Assembly: GCA_963822445.1 (NCBI GenBank) | Contig: CAWGHO010000002.1 | Location: forward strand, 768,001 to 832,000 | Reading direction: 5' to 3' | Source of the DNA: an uncultured Acidobacteriota bacterium | GTDB lineage: Bacteria; Acidobacteriota; Thermoanaerobaculia; Gp7-AA8 | DNA length: 64,000 nt | Shown: positions 55,949-64,000 of the stretch, piece after piece | How positions within the stretch are numbered: position 1 is the first letter of the stretch | How the letters are laid out: each line of letters begins with the position of its first letter | Translations under genes and position numbers: made by a program | Notes under the pieces: model-generated | Told to the model about the DNA's origin: nothing | The model's database searches: none | The model's input: only the letters and a program-made list of their open reading frames with translations

Positions 55949-56866
55949 ATGCTCGACAAGTTCATCACCGTACTCATCGTGGTCATCATGGTCGTCACGG
56001 CCTGCACCGCCGGCGCCCAAGAGACGGAGACCACCACCGCACCGCCCGTAACCTCCACTGTCGCCACGACTTCGACGGCGCCGGCCGCCGGCACCACCGT
56101 CACCATCGCCGAAACCGCCAGCAGCACTGAAGTCCGCAGCGAGCTCTACAACATCCTGCGCCGCCTTCCGCCGGAAGTAGCCAAGGTCCTGAAGCTCGAT
56201 CCGACCCTCTGGTCGAATCCGAGCTACATGGCGAACTACCCGACCCTGCAGGCGTTCGTGGCGCAGCATCCCGAAGTCGCTCACAATCCGCGGTTCTTCC
56301 TCGAGGACGTCTGGCTTCCGAACGATCCGCTTCCCCGCACCGCGTCGATGGAGCTGTGGGAGGACCTCCTGGAAGGCATCTTCATCTTCGTGGTCGTGGG
56401 CGCCATCGCCTTCGCACTAGGGTGGCTCATCCGCACCATCCTCAATCACCGCCGCTGGTCCCGTCTGGCGCGCGTGCAGACCGAGGTGCACACCAAGTTG
56501 CTCGACCGCTTCTCGTCGAATGAGGAGCTGATGGCCTACATCAATACGACCGCCGGCAAGCGATTCCTGGAGGCCGCACCGATCCCGGTTCAGGAGGCCA
56601 GCCCGGCGCCGCAGATCGCCGCACCGGTCAACCGCGTGCTCTGGTCGATACAGGCGGGTGTCATCATCGGCGCCGCGAGCCTCGGCCTCGTGGTCGTCAG
56701 CTGGATCTCCGACAAGGACGTGGCCCCGGCCCTCTCCGGAATCGGAGTGCTCGGAATCGCCGTCGGAATCGGCTGCATCGCCTCCGCCGCAGCGTCCATG
56801 ATCCTCTCCAAACGACTGGGCATCTGGTCAGCGCCGGGGTCCGTGACCGATACTGCCGCCGAGTAA
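55949..56866 (+). CDS. Membrane protein upstream of ECF sigma (signal peptide, Thr-rich linker, DUF6249-like C-half)
   Basis: HTKLLDRFSSNEELMAYINTTAGKRF motif shared with 30404-30865. Confidence 0.75.
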   Translation: MLDKFITVLIVVIMVVTACTAGAQETETTTAPPVTSTVATTSTAPAAGTTVTIAETASSTEVRSELYNILRRLPPEVAKVLKLDPTLWSNPSYMANYPTLQAFVAQHPEVAHNPRFFLEDVWLPNDPLPRTASMELWEDLLEGIFIFVVVGAIAFALGWLIRTILNHRRWSRLARVQTEVHTKLLDRFSSNEELMAYINTTAGKRFLEAAPIPVQEASPAPQIAAPVNRVLWSIQAGVIIGAASLGLVVVSWISDKDVAPALSGIGVLGIAVGIGCIASAAASMILSKRLGIWSAPGSVTDTAAE

Positions 56867-56869
56867 ACG

Positions 56870-57418
56870 ATGCGATTCCTGGTGACAACAGCCGACACCA
56901 CCCTGGCGGAGATCGAAGAAGCAGCCCGCCTGCCGATGGATGAAGACGCGTTCCGCTCGTTCTACGACCGGACTTCCCGCAGCGTGTGGGCTTATCTGTC
57001 GCGATTGACCGGCGATCGCCAGCTGGCCGACGACCTGCTTCAGGAGACTTATTACCGCTTCTGCCGCGCCGGTGCGACTCACGAAAACGAGACGCACCGG
57101 CGTAACTCGCTTTTCCTGATCGCCACCAACCTGGTGCGCGATTCGGTGCGGCGCCGGCAGTTCTCGGAACTGATCCCGCTCGAGACGGAGATGCATCACA
57201 TCGATCATCACGCCGCCGAACGGACCGAAGGGCGCACGGATCTGGCGAAAGCGATGAAGCAGCTCAAGCCGGCCCAGCGCGCGCTGATCACCCTCGCCTA
57301 CGGACAGGGCGCGTCCCACGCGGAGATCGCCGAGATCCTTGGCCTGAAATCGGCGAGCATCAAATCGCTTCTTTTCCGCGCGCGGCGCCGCCTCGCGCAG
57401 CTCTTGGAACGCTCATGA
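56870..57418 (+). CDS. ECF RNA polymerase sigma factor
   Basis: ADDLLQETY; SIKSLLFRARRRL. Confidence 0.92.
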   Translation: MRFLVTTADTTLAEIEEAARLPMDEDAFRSFYDRTSRSVWAYLSRLTGDRQLADDLLQETYYRFCRAGATHENETHRRNSLFLIATNLVRDSVRRRQFSELIPLETEMHHIDHHAAERTEGRTDLAKAMKQLKPAQRALITLAYGQGASHAEIAEILGLKSASIKSLLFRARRRLAQLLERS

Positions 57419-57897
57419 ACTGCGAACGCGAATTCGATGTCCTGGACGCGGTGATGTCCGGCCGCTGGCCGGATGGGTGCGACGAGGAGCTGCGCATGCA
57501 CGCGCATCAGTGCGCGATCTGCGTCGATCTGATCGAGGTCGCTCATGCCGTTCGCAGCGAGCATTTGGCCGAGATGCAGGAAGCCAACGTTCCCCCGTCC
57601 GGCGTGGTGTGGTGGAAAGCCCAGCGCCGCGCGCGACAGGAAGCGGTCACCGCCGCTCGACGCACGATCGCCGCGGTGCAGACGGGAACGATGGCCGCCG
57701 CGGTGATCATCGGCCTCGCGATCATCGGCGGTGTGGGGGTTCTCGTGGCGCAGGTGACGAACGTCTTCGATTTCAGCTGGTTCCACCTGCCGACGATCGA
57801 CTTCACACCGAACGGCAGCGTGACCATCCTCGTCGCCGCGGTGAGCCTGTTGCTGCTCGCGCCGGTGGCGGTGTGGTTCGCGGTTCACGAGGATTAG
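57415..57897 (+). CDS. Putative zinc-binding anti-sigma factor (membrane)
   Basis: HAHQCAIC (HxxxCxxC), VVWWKA, two TMs. Confidence 0.75.
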   Translation: MNCEREFDVLDAVMSGRWPDGCDEELRMHAHQCAICVDLIEVAHAVRSEHLAEMQEANVPPSGVVWWKAQRRARQEAVTAARRTIAAVQTGTMAAAVIIGLAIIGGVGVLVAQVTNVFDFSWFHLPTIDFTPNGSVTILVAAVSLLLLAPVAVWFAVHED

Positions 57898-59165
57898 ATG
57901 GAGTGCGGCGGCGGCGGAATCCCCCGCTTCGCGACGTTCTCCATCGCCTCGCAGAAACGATCCAGCTCCTCGACCGTCGTGTAGACGCTCGGCGTCACGC
58001 GCACGCCTTTGAACTCGTCGTGGCCGATCGGCGTGACCAGGATCCGGTACGCGGCGAAGAGGTGTTGCGCGAGTTTGCCGGGATCGGTGCCTTCGATCTC
58101 CACCGTCCCGATCGCGCACGATTGCTTGTCGTCGAGCGGCGTGTGCAGGCGGATCTTGGAAACATTGCGCAGCTTGTTCTCCCAGTAACGAGCGAGGTAG
58201 CGGAGACGGTCCGCTTTCCGCTCCGCGCCGATGCCGCGATGAAAAAGAATGGCCTCGCCGATCGCCAATCGCGGCGCCGCGGAGTGCGTGCCGATCTCTT
58301 CGAACTTGCGGATGTCGGCGGCATTCTTCTTCTCCGCGGCCATGAGCGGCCAGAGTCGCTCGATGCGATCGCGGCGCACGTACAGCATCCCCGTGCCTTT
58401 CGGCGCGAAGAGCCACTTGTGCAGGCTCGTGCCGAAGTAATCGCAGCCGATCTCGTCGCGCGTGAAGGGGAAATGCGCGAATGAATGCGCGCCGTCGACG
58501 ATGACCTCGATGCCGCGCGCGCGGCCGAGGTCGCAGATCGCGCGGATCGGCGTGATCTGGCCGGTGATGTTCACCACGTGCGACGCCAGGATGACCTTCG
58601 TCTTCGGCGTGATGCCCGCCTCGAATGCGCGCACGATCTCGGTCGGATCTTTCGGCACGAGCGGCAGCTTCACCTGCCTGAGGACGATGCCTTCGCGCTG
58701 CTCGCGCTGCTGCAGCGTGGTGATCATGCGCGGATAGTCGTGGGTCGAGGTGAGGATTTCGTCGCCGCGCTTGAGATCGAGGCCGAAGAGGAGGATCTCC
58801 AGCGATTCCGAGGCGTTGCGGGTGATGGCGATCTCCTCGCGGTCGCAGCCGAAGAGCGCGGCCAGCTCGGTGCGGATGCGCTCGGACTGCGGCTCGAGGA
58901 TCTGCCACATCGTGTACGCGGTCGCATCCTCCTGCTGCCACGTGTACTTCGTGAAAGCCTCGGTCACAATCCGCGGCGACGGCGAGACTCCGCCGTTGTT
59001 CAGATTGATGATGCCGCGTCCGCCGGAGAAAGACTGCTGGATGAAAGCCCAGAAGTCGTTCGTCTTTTCCATTTCGTGAGCGAGCGCGCCGATCGCGGGA
59101 ACGCTCGCGGCCGCGAGTCCGACGACTTTGCCGGCGTTGGCGAGAAAGGCCCGGCGGGTATCCAT
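57894..59165 (-). CDS. Class V PLP aminotransferase (isopenicillin N epimerase-like), Tat signal
   Basis: TRRAFL; NLNNGG, VDGAH, SLHKWLFAP. Confidence 0.9.
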   Translation of the reverse strand: MDTRRAFLANAGKVVGLAAASVPAIGALAHEMEKTNDFWAFIQQSFSGGRGIINLNNGGVSPSPRIVTEAFTKYTWQQEDATAYTMWQILEPQSERIRTELAALFGCDREEIAITRNASESLEILLFGLDLKRGDEILTSTHDYPRMITTLQQREQREGIVLRQVKLPLVPKDPTEIVRAFEAGITPKTKVILASHVVNITGQITPIRAICDLGRARGIEVIVDGAHSFAHFPFTRDEIGCDYFGTSLHKWLFAPKGTGMLYVRRDRIERLWPLMAAEKKNAADIRKFEEIGTHSAAPRLAIGEAILFHRGIGAERKADRLRYLARYWENKLRNVSKIRLHTPLDDKQSCAIGTVEIEGTDPGKLAQHLFAAYRILVTPIGHDEFKGVRVTPSVYTTVEELDRFCEAMENVAKRGIPPPPHSI

Positions 59166-60406
59166 CAGTTCCTGTCGAATTGGGTGCCTCGCTTCTTCAT
59201 GGTGCGCAACCGGTCGAGGAGAAACATCTTGGGCACTTCCCTGCCGGAGAGTATCCGGTTCGCGGCCATCTCGCCTACCGCCGGCGAGAGCTTGAAGCCG
59301 TGACCCGATCCGCCGCCGATCAGCCAGACGTTCGCGGCGCGAGGATGGCGATCGATGATCAGGTTGCCATCCGGGCTGTTCTCGTACTGGCAGACCTCCG
59401 CTTTGAGCAGCGGTGCGTTGGACAGCTCGGGAAAGCGCTCGGCGAGCACGGCCCGCGCGCGAGCGAGCCCTGCCTCGGACGGCGTGCGATTGCCATTCGT
59501 TGGATCGAACGGCTCGCCGCGCGTGTCGTCGGCGATCTTGAGACCGCTGGCGCCGAGGTCGGGGACGCCGTAGAAAATGCGCTCGCCGAAATCGATCCAG
59601 ATCGGAAGGCGACCGGGTTGATAGCGCTCCGAGCCGCGCGGCGTTCCGAAGTAGAAGACCTCCTGCCGCGTCGGTTGAATCGCGTCAGCGAGGAGATCGG
59701 GGAAGAGCTGCCCGAGCCAGGGTCCGCAGGCGAAGATGAAGAGGTCCGCTTCGATCTTCGAACCGTCCGCGAGTCGCAGCGCGGTCAGCGATTTGTCGAT
59801 CTCCGGAGTCTCGACGTGAGCGGTGCGATAGCTGCCGCCGGCTTTCTGAAACGCATCACGGACTACCGCGCAGGCGCGACGCGCGGACAACGCGCCGGCC
59901 CGGCGCTCGACCCAGACCGACTTCACGCCCTTGAAATCGATCTGCGGGTACTTGCGCGCGGCATCGGCTACGGTCAGTTGATCGATCGGAAATCCGCTGG
60001 CCTGCATGACCGGTACGGACGAGCGAACGTACGCGTCATCGCCGCGATGCATCCAGACTACGCCCGTCTCCACGTACAACGATTCGTCGGTCGAAGCGTC
60101 GAGCGTCTCCCACATCGCGTACGAGCGTTTGACCATCTCCGTGTACTCGCGATCGGCGCCGTAGATCGCGCGGATGACGCGGGTCTCGCCGCCGGAGCTC
60201 GACCTCGCGTTGCCGGGTCCCCAGGAGTCGACGAGAGTGACGTTCGCGCCGAGGCGGCGGAGATGCAGCGCGGTCCATCCGCCGAATGCGCCGGCGCCGA
60301 TGACCACGATTCTGGGAGGGGATTTGGCGAGAAGCTCGCCGCCGACGAGGGCCGCCGCGAACGGCAGCGCCGCATTGCGCACGAACCTTCGTCGGGTGAT
60401 GGTCAT
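59165..60406 (-). CDS. FAD-dependent amino-acid oxidase (sarcosine oxidase-like), Tat signal
   Basis: TRRRFV; GAGAFG, SSGGETRVIR, CQYENSPD, GSGHGFK. Confidence 0.9.
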   Translation of the reverse strand: MTITRRRFVRNAALPFAAALVGGELLAKSPPRIVVIGAGAFGGWTALHLRRLGANVTLVDSWGPGNARSSSGGETRVIRAIYGADREYTEMVKRSYAMWETLDASTDESLYVETGVVWMHRGDDAYVRSSVPVMQASGFPIDQLTVADAARKYPQIDFKGVKSVWVERRAGALSARRACAVVRDAFQKAGGSYRTAHVETPEIDKSLTALRLADGSKIEADLFIFACGPWLGQLFPDLLADAIQPTRQEVFYFGTPRGSERYQPGRLPIWIDFGERIFYGVPDLGASGLKIADDTRGEPFDPTNGNRTPSEAGLARARAVLAERFPELSNAPLLKAEVCQYENSPDGNLIIDRHPRAANVWLIGGGSGHGFKLSPAVGEMAANRILSGREVPKMFLLDRLRTMKKRGTQFDRN

Positions 60407-60413
60407 GGCGACA

Positions 60414-60509
60414 TGTCATCCCGAGCGTGAGTCGAGGGACCTGGTGGGGTGGGAGGCGCGATCACCGCGCCGCCGCCCGCCGGATCCCTCGACTTCGCTC
60501 GGGATGACA
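60414..60509. repeat. Palindromic repeat, TGTCATCCCGAGCG...CGCTCGGGATGACA family
   Basis: Long imperfect inverted repeat, directly visible. Confidence 0.85.
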
Positions 60510-60518
60510 AGGGGAAGT

Positions 60519-62921
60519 TTAGAAGATCATCCGCGTGCTGATTCCGATCGTCCGCGGCTGATTCGTCAGGAAGCCCACCCGCGCGCGCGTTCCGCGCTCC
60601 TGATCGAGCGCGAGGTACGCCGTCTCGTCGGTCACGTTGTTGATGAACAGCGCCGCGTCCCAGTTGTTTCGCAGGATCCCGAAGCGGAGGTTCACCAGGT
60701 CGTACGCCGGCAATTCCGGATTGAACGTGAAGATGTTCTGCGTGAACGGACCGCCGATGTCGCCGCCGAATCCGCTGATGTCGACCGTGCCGAAGCCCGC
60801 GGCCTGATCGGCGACCTGCGTGTACCGCGCGCCGACATGCTGATACACGCCGGTGAGGTAGCCGACGAAGCCTGCCATCGGCCTGCGATACGTCGCCGCC
60901 GCGGCCATCTGGAACTCGGGAACGGTCGGCAGTCGATTGCCTTCCTGAATCCCGGCCACGACCGCGCCGGCCGCGTTGGTGATGCTCGAGCTGAGCTCGG
61001 AGTTGTTGAAGCTGCCGGAGACCGCGAAGTCGAAGTTCTCGTTCGGCGCGACCTCGAACTCGGCCTCCAGGCCGGTCGTCCGCGCGCTGGGCACGTTCAT
61101 GATGATTCGCGAAGAGCAGGTGCCCGCCGTGACCGTGGCCTGCAGGTTCTCGATGTCCATGTAGTACGCCGAGGCGTTGAACGAGCCGCGCCCGCCCATG
61201 ACCAGCGACTTGATGCCGGCCTCGTAGTTCCAGAGCGTTTCGTCATCCCACGTCGGGCGGCCGCCGTACGTGGTGAGATCGCCCGGCTGGCAGAGCGGAA
61301 GGTTCAGCGGGTCGTTGATGCCGCCGAGGCGGAAGCCTTTCGAGATCTGGCCATTCAGCCGCGTGTCCTCGTTGAGCTTGTAGCTGAGGATCACTCGCGG
61401 CGCGAATCCGTCGGCCGACGTGGAACCGACGCTGTCGATCGGGTCGGCGAAGATGCCGTCGAAGATCTGCGCGCGATCCTCTTCGAAGTCGTAGAAGCGA
61501 AGGCCGCCGGTCACGTCGAAACGGTCGGTGACGGCGAACGTCGCCTCGCCGAACAGCGCCAGCTGGCTGAATTCGTAGTGCAGATCGGATTTGTACAGCT
61601 CATCAGTCAGCGCGAGCTTGGTACCAGCGGTCGGAATGCCGCTCAGCGCGCTGAAGCCGGTCACCGGCAGGTTCTGTGAGTAATCACGCTCCGTGTCGCT
61701 GTAGAACACGCCTCCGACCCAGTTGATCCGGCCGTGGTCCCCAGACAGACGCAGCTCCTGGCTGTAACCCTTGGCCTGCGTGGCGTCGTAGAGCGGTGCG
61801 TTGAGGGTGTAGATGTTCTCGCTGAGTCCGATCGAGCCGCCGGTGATGCTGGCCGTGAGCGCGGTGGCGTCGCGGATCACGAGCACGTCGCGGTCGGTGT
61901 ACGACGTGATCGACGTGAGCGTCGCTCCGCCGAAGTCGTATTCGAGGTTCAGATCGCCGAGGAGGAAGTCGTCGGTGAAAGGCTCCTCGAACTGGATGAA
62001 GTGATTGCGATCGTTCAGCTCGACCTTCGGCCGCGTCGTGGTGAACGGATTCGCGAGGATGTTGAAGGCGTCGATGCGATTCCAGCCGTTCATCTCCACC
62101 TGCTGGTAGAGCAGACGCGGAGTGATGGTCAGGCGCTCGCTCGGCTCGAAGCGGAACGCGACGCGGGCGCCGATGCGGTCGCCGTCGTTCACGTCCTCGT
62201 CCTCGCGTCCGCCCGGTTGCACGGCGTCGATGTAGCCGCCGTAGCGCGTGTAGTACGCGACGGCGCGCATCGCCGCTTTGTCCCCGATGGGCGCGTTGAC
62301 CGCGGCCTTCACGCTCGCGCCGATGCTTCCGCCGCCGACCGAGCTGACGGTGAACTCACCGACCGACTCGGACGTGTTCAGCTTCGGCTGATTGCTGATG
62401 TAGCGCACGGTGCCCGACAGCGATCCCGAACCGAACAGCGTGCCCTGCGGTCCGCGCAGGATCTCCAGGCGATTCATGTCGAACAGATCGATGTCGGGCG
62501 TGAACAGCGACAGGGAGATGACCGACTCGTCGAGGTAGACGCCGACCTGTTCCTTCACGCCGGGCTGATCGCGCACGATCTGTCCTGCCGATACGCCGCG
62601 CATCGCGACCTGGCTCTGGCCGGGGCCGAGGTTCTGGACGGTGAAGCCGGCGACGTTGGCGGAGACGTTTTCGATGGTCTCCGCGCCCATGTCGCGCAGC
62701 TGTTGCTCGGTCGGCGCCGCGACCGACATCGGCACTTCCTGCACGGTCTCCTCGCGCTTTCGCGCGGTGACGACCATTTCTTCGGTGAGCTTGGGTGGCG
62801 TTGGCTCCTGCGTCGTCGTCTGCTGCGGCGGCGGTGGGTCTTGAGCGAGGAGCGGGAAAGAGGTGAACGCGATTACGAGGAGGACAAGAACCAGGAGAGA
62901 GCGAGACCCGGTGGAATGCAT
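60519..62921 (-). CDS. TonB-dependent receptor
   Basis: Signal peptide; VVTARKREE, LRGPQGTLFG, NYEAGIK, NNVTD, PRT; terminal F. Confidence 0.94.
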   Translation of the reverse strand: MHSTGSRSLLVLVLLVIAFTSFPLLAQDPPPPQQTTTQEPTPPKLTEEMVVTARKREETVQEVPMSVAAPTEQQLRDMGAETIENVSANVAGFTVQNLGPGQSQVAMRGVSAGQIVRDQPGVKEQVGVYLDESVISLSLFTPDIDLFDMNRLEILRGPQGTLFGSGSLSGTVRYISNQPKLNTSESVGEFTVSSVGGGSIGASVKAAVNAPIGDKAAMRAVAYYTRYGGYIDAVQPGGREDEDVNDGDRIGARVAFRFEPSERLTITPRLLYQQVEMNGWNRIDAFNILANPFTTTRPKVELNDRNHFIQFEEPFTDDFLLGDLNLEYDFGGATLTSITSYTDRDVLVIRDATALTASITGGSIGLSENIYTLNAPLYDATQAKGYSQELRLSGDHGRINWVGGVFYSDTERDYSQNLPVTGFSALSGIPTAGTKLALTDELYKSDLHYEFSQLALFGEATFAVTDRFDVTGGLRFYDFEEDRAQIFDGIFADPIDSVGSTSADGFAPRVILSYKLNEDTRLNGQISKGFRLGGINDPLNLPLCQPGDLTTYGGRPTWDDETLWNYEAGIKSLVMGGRGSFNASAYYMDIENLQATVTAGTCSSRIIMNVPSARTTGLEAEFEVAPNENFDFAVSGSFNNSELSSSITNAAGAVVAGIQEGNRLPTVPEFQMAAAATYRRPMAGFVGYLTGVYQHVGARYTQVADQAAGFGTVDISGFGGDIGGPFTQNIFTFNPELPAYDLVNLRFGILRNNWDAALFINNVTDETAYLALDQERGTRARVGFLTNQPRTIGISTRMIF

Positions 62922-62993
62922 ACGGCGCCTCCGATTTCCTATTTAAGAAAGTCCGGTATTGCGGCTGATTCTGCGCGCGTCGCGCGCGAGCGG

Positions 62994-63386
62994 TCAAGCT
63001 CGCTCGAGCGGCGTGAAAATCTCCGCCAGCAGCAGCCAATGGCCGCTTTCGGCGCGCTGCCACTTCGCGGCATACACGCCGGAAACGCTCACCGGAACGG
63101 ATCCGGCGCTGAACGTCCCGCTCCAGTCACCGGTCTCATGGGCCATCCCCAGCACGTCGTTGACGTCGATCTGCCGCGGGGTGCGCTCGAACGTCGCGGA
63201 CGGATCGTCGACGAACATCGTCTCCCAGCTGCGTCGGCTCTCTTCCCGCCCGAAGCGCTGCGAATTCAGCGCAGTAACGACGTGATACTCCTCGGCGAGA
63301 AGGGCGGCGACGGCATTCGCGTCCTTCGCGATGATGGCGCGATTCAACGCGGCGCGAGCAGCGCGAATGGCTTCATCTGCTGTCAT
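62994..63386 (-). CDS. NTF2-like (DUF4440) protein
   Basis: AHETGDWSG, GVYAAKWQR..W. Confidence 0.8.
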   Translation of the reverse strand: MTADEAIRAARAALNRAIIAKDANAVAALLAEEYHVVTALNSQRFGREESRRSWETMFVDDPSATFERTPRQIDVNDVLGMAHETGDWSGTFSAGSVPVSVSGVYAAKWQRAESGHWLLLAEIFTPLERA

Positions 63387-64000
63387 CGCGCAGGGTGTCC
63401 GTCCACTCCTCTTTCCTGATCCACCATACGGCGCTTTCGATTCTGCCCCAGCCGAACATGCGATCGTGCGAGCAGACGCTGATCGTGACCGGAGCGTTGG
63501 TCCAGTGCGAACAGGTCTCGATGTAGTCGTAGATGGCGGGAACGACCTGCTGCGCGGATTGGTAGTTCCTGTCGGCGGCGACGATCATCTCGTTGCGGAC
63601 GCCTTTGCGGCGCGTGACGCGCTTGACCGAAGGCTCGCCGTACTCGAGCTCGAACATCGACTGGACGTCGGCGAAGGTCGCGATGCGCGAGTCGATGACT
63701 TCGGCACGCGGAAAGCGGACAGCGACGAAGAGGCCACGATCGAAGAGGTACTCCGTGGCGATCGTCTTGTCGCCGCTCTTGAATGCCTTGCTCCTGTCGG
63801 TCGTCGAACAGACGACATGAGCGGGTGCCGGCACCGCGGGATTCGTATCGCGGACCGGATCGCCGGCTTTCGTCACCGCCTTGACGTTGCGGCATTTGAG
63901 GCGGCCGAGGATCTGTTCGGCCTCTTCTTTCGTTGCGCCGAAGTCGAGGCCGCGAAAGCCGGTCGGGACCAGCCACTCATGATCGGATCTGGTCTCGGAA
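63373..64000 (-). CDS. Hypothetical protein (5' end outside window)
   Basis: Frame of the 63373-63876 ORF stays open to the window edge (..PTGFRGLDFGATKEE..). Confidence 0.6.
   Translation of the reverse strand, partial: SETRSDHEWLVPTGFRGLDFGATKEEAEQILGRLKCRNVKAVTKAGDPVRDTNPAVPAPAHVVCSTTDRSKAFKSGDKTIATEYLFDRGLFVAVRFPRAEVIDSRIATFADVQSMFELEYGEPSVKRVTRRKGVRNEMIVAADRNYQSAQQVVPAIYDYIETCSHWTNAPVTISVCSHDRMFGWGRIESAVWWIRKEEWTDTLRDDSR

Overview
GC-rich bacterial chromosome segment, probably Acidobacteriota (Thermoanaerobaculia-like). The taxon is an inference from gene content such as the acidobacterial-type VWA protein, M14/M28 peptidases and a TonB receptor. About 55 densely packed CDSs, mostly housekeeping or envelope functions: murB, glnS, xth, ptrB, lhr, tam, a queA-like gene, ABC/MFS/POT transporters, two-component and ECF regulators. 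No rRNA, CRISPR array, transposase or prophage seen. The standout is 48504-50480. A sigma70 promoter is followed by a 23-aa uORF with a terminator/antiterminator pair, then a roughly 400-nt structured RNA. That RNA contains a complete but circularly permuted tRNA-like module (T arm, acceptor stem closed by a 4-nt loop, D arm, anticodon arm GCU) and a Y-RNA-like bulged-C stem. A slipin (SPFH) gene and a second structured non-coding element follow. Other notable items: many inverted 7/8-mer tandem-repeat hairpins (one in-frame inside lhr), several REP-like families, two paralogous three-gene ECF modules with a shared promoter motif, a direct-repeat-flanked HK/RR/SDR/QueA-like cassette, and many apparently leaderless genes. 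All calls are by eye; no database searches or folding programs were run.
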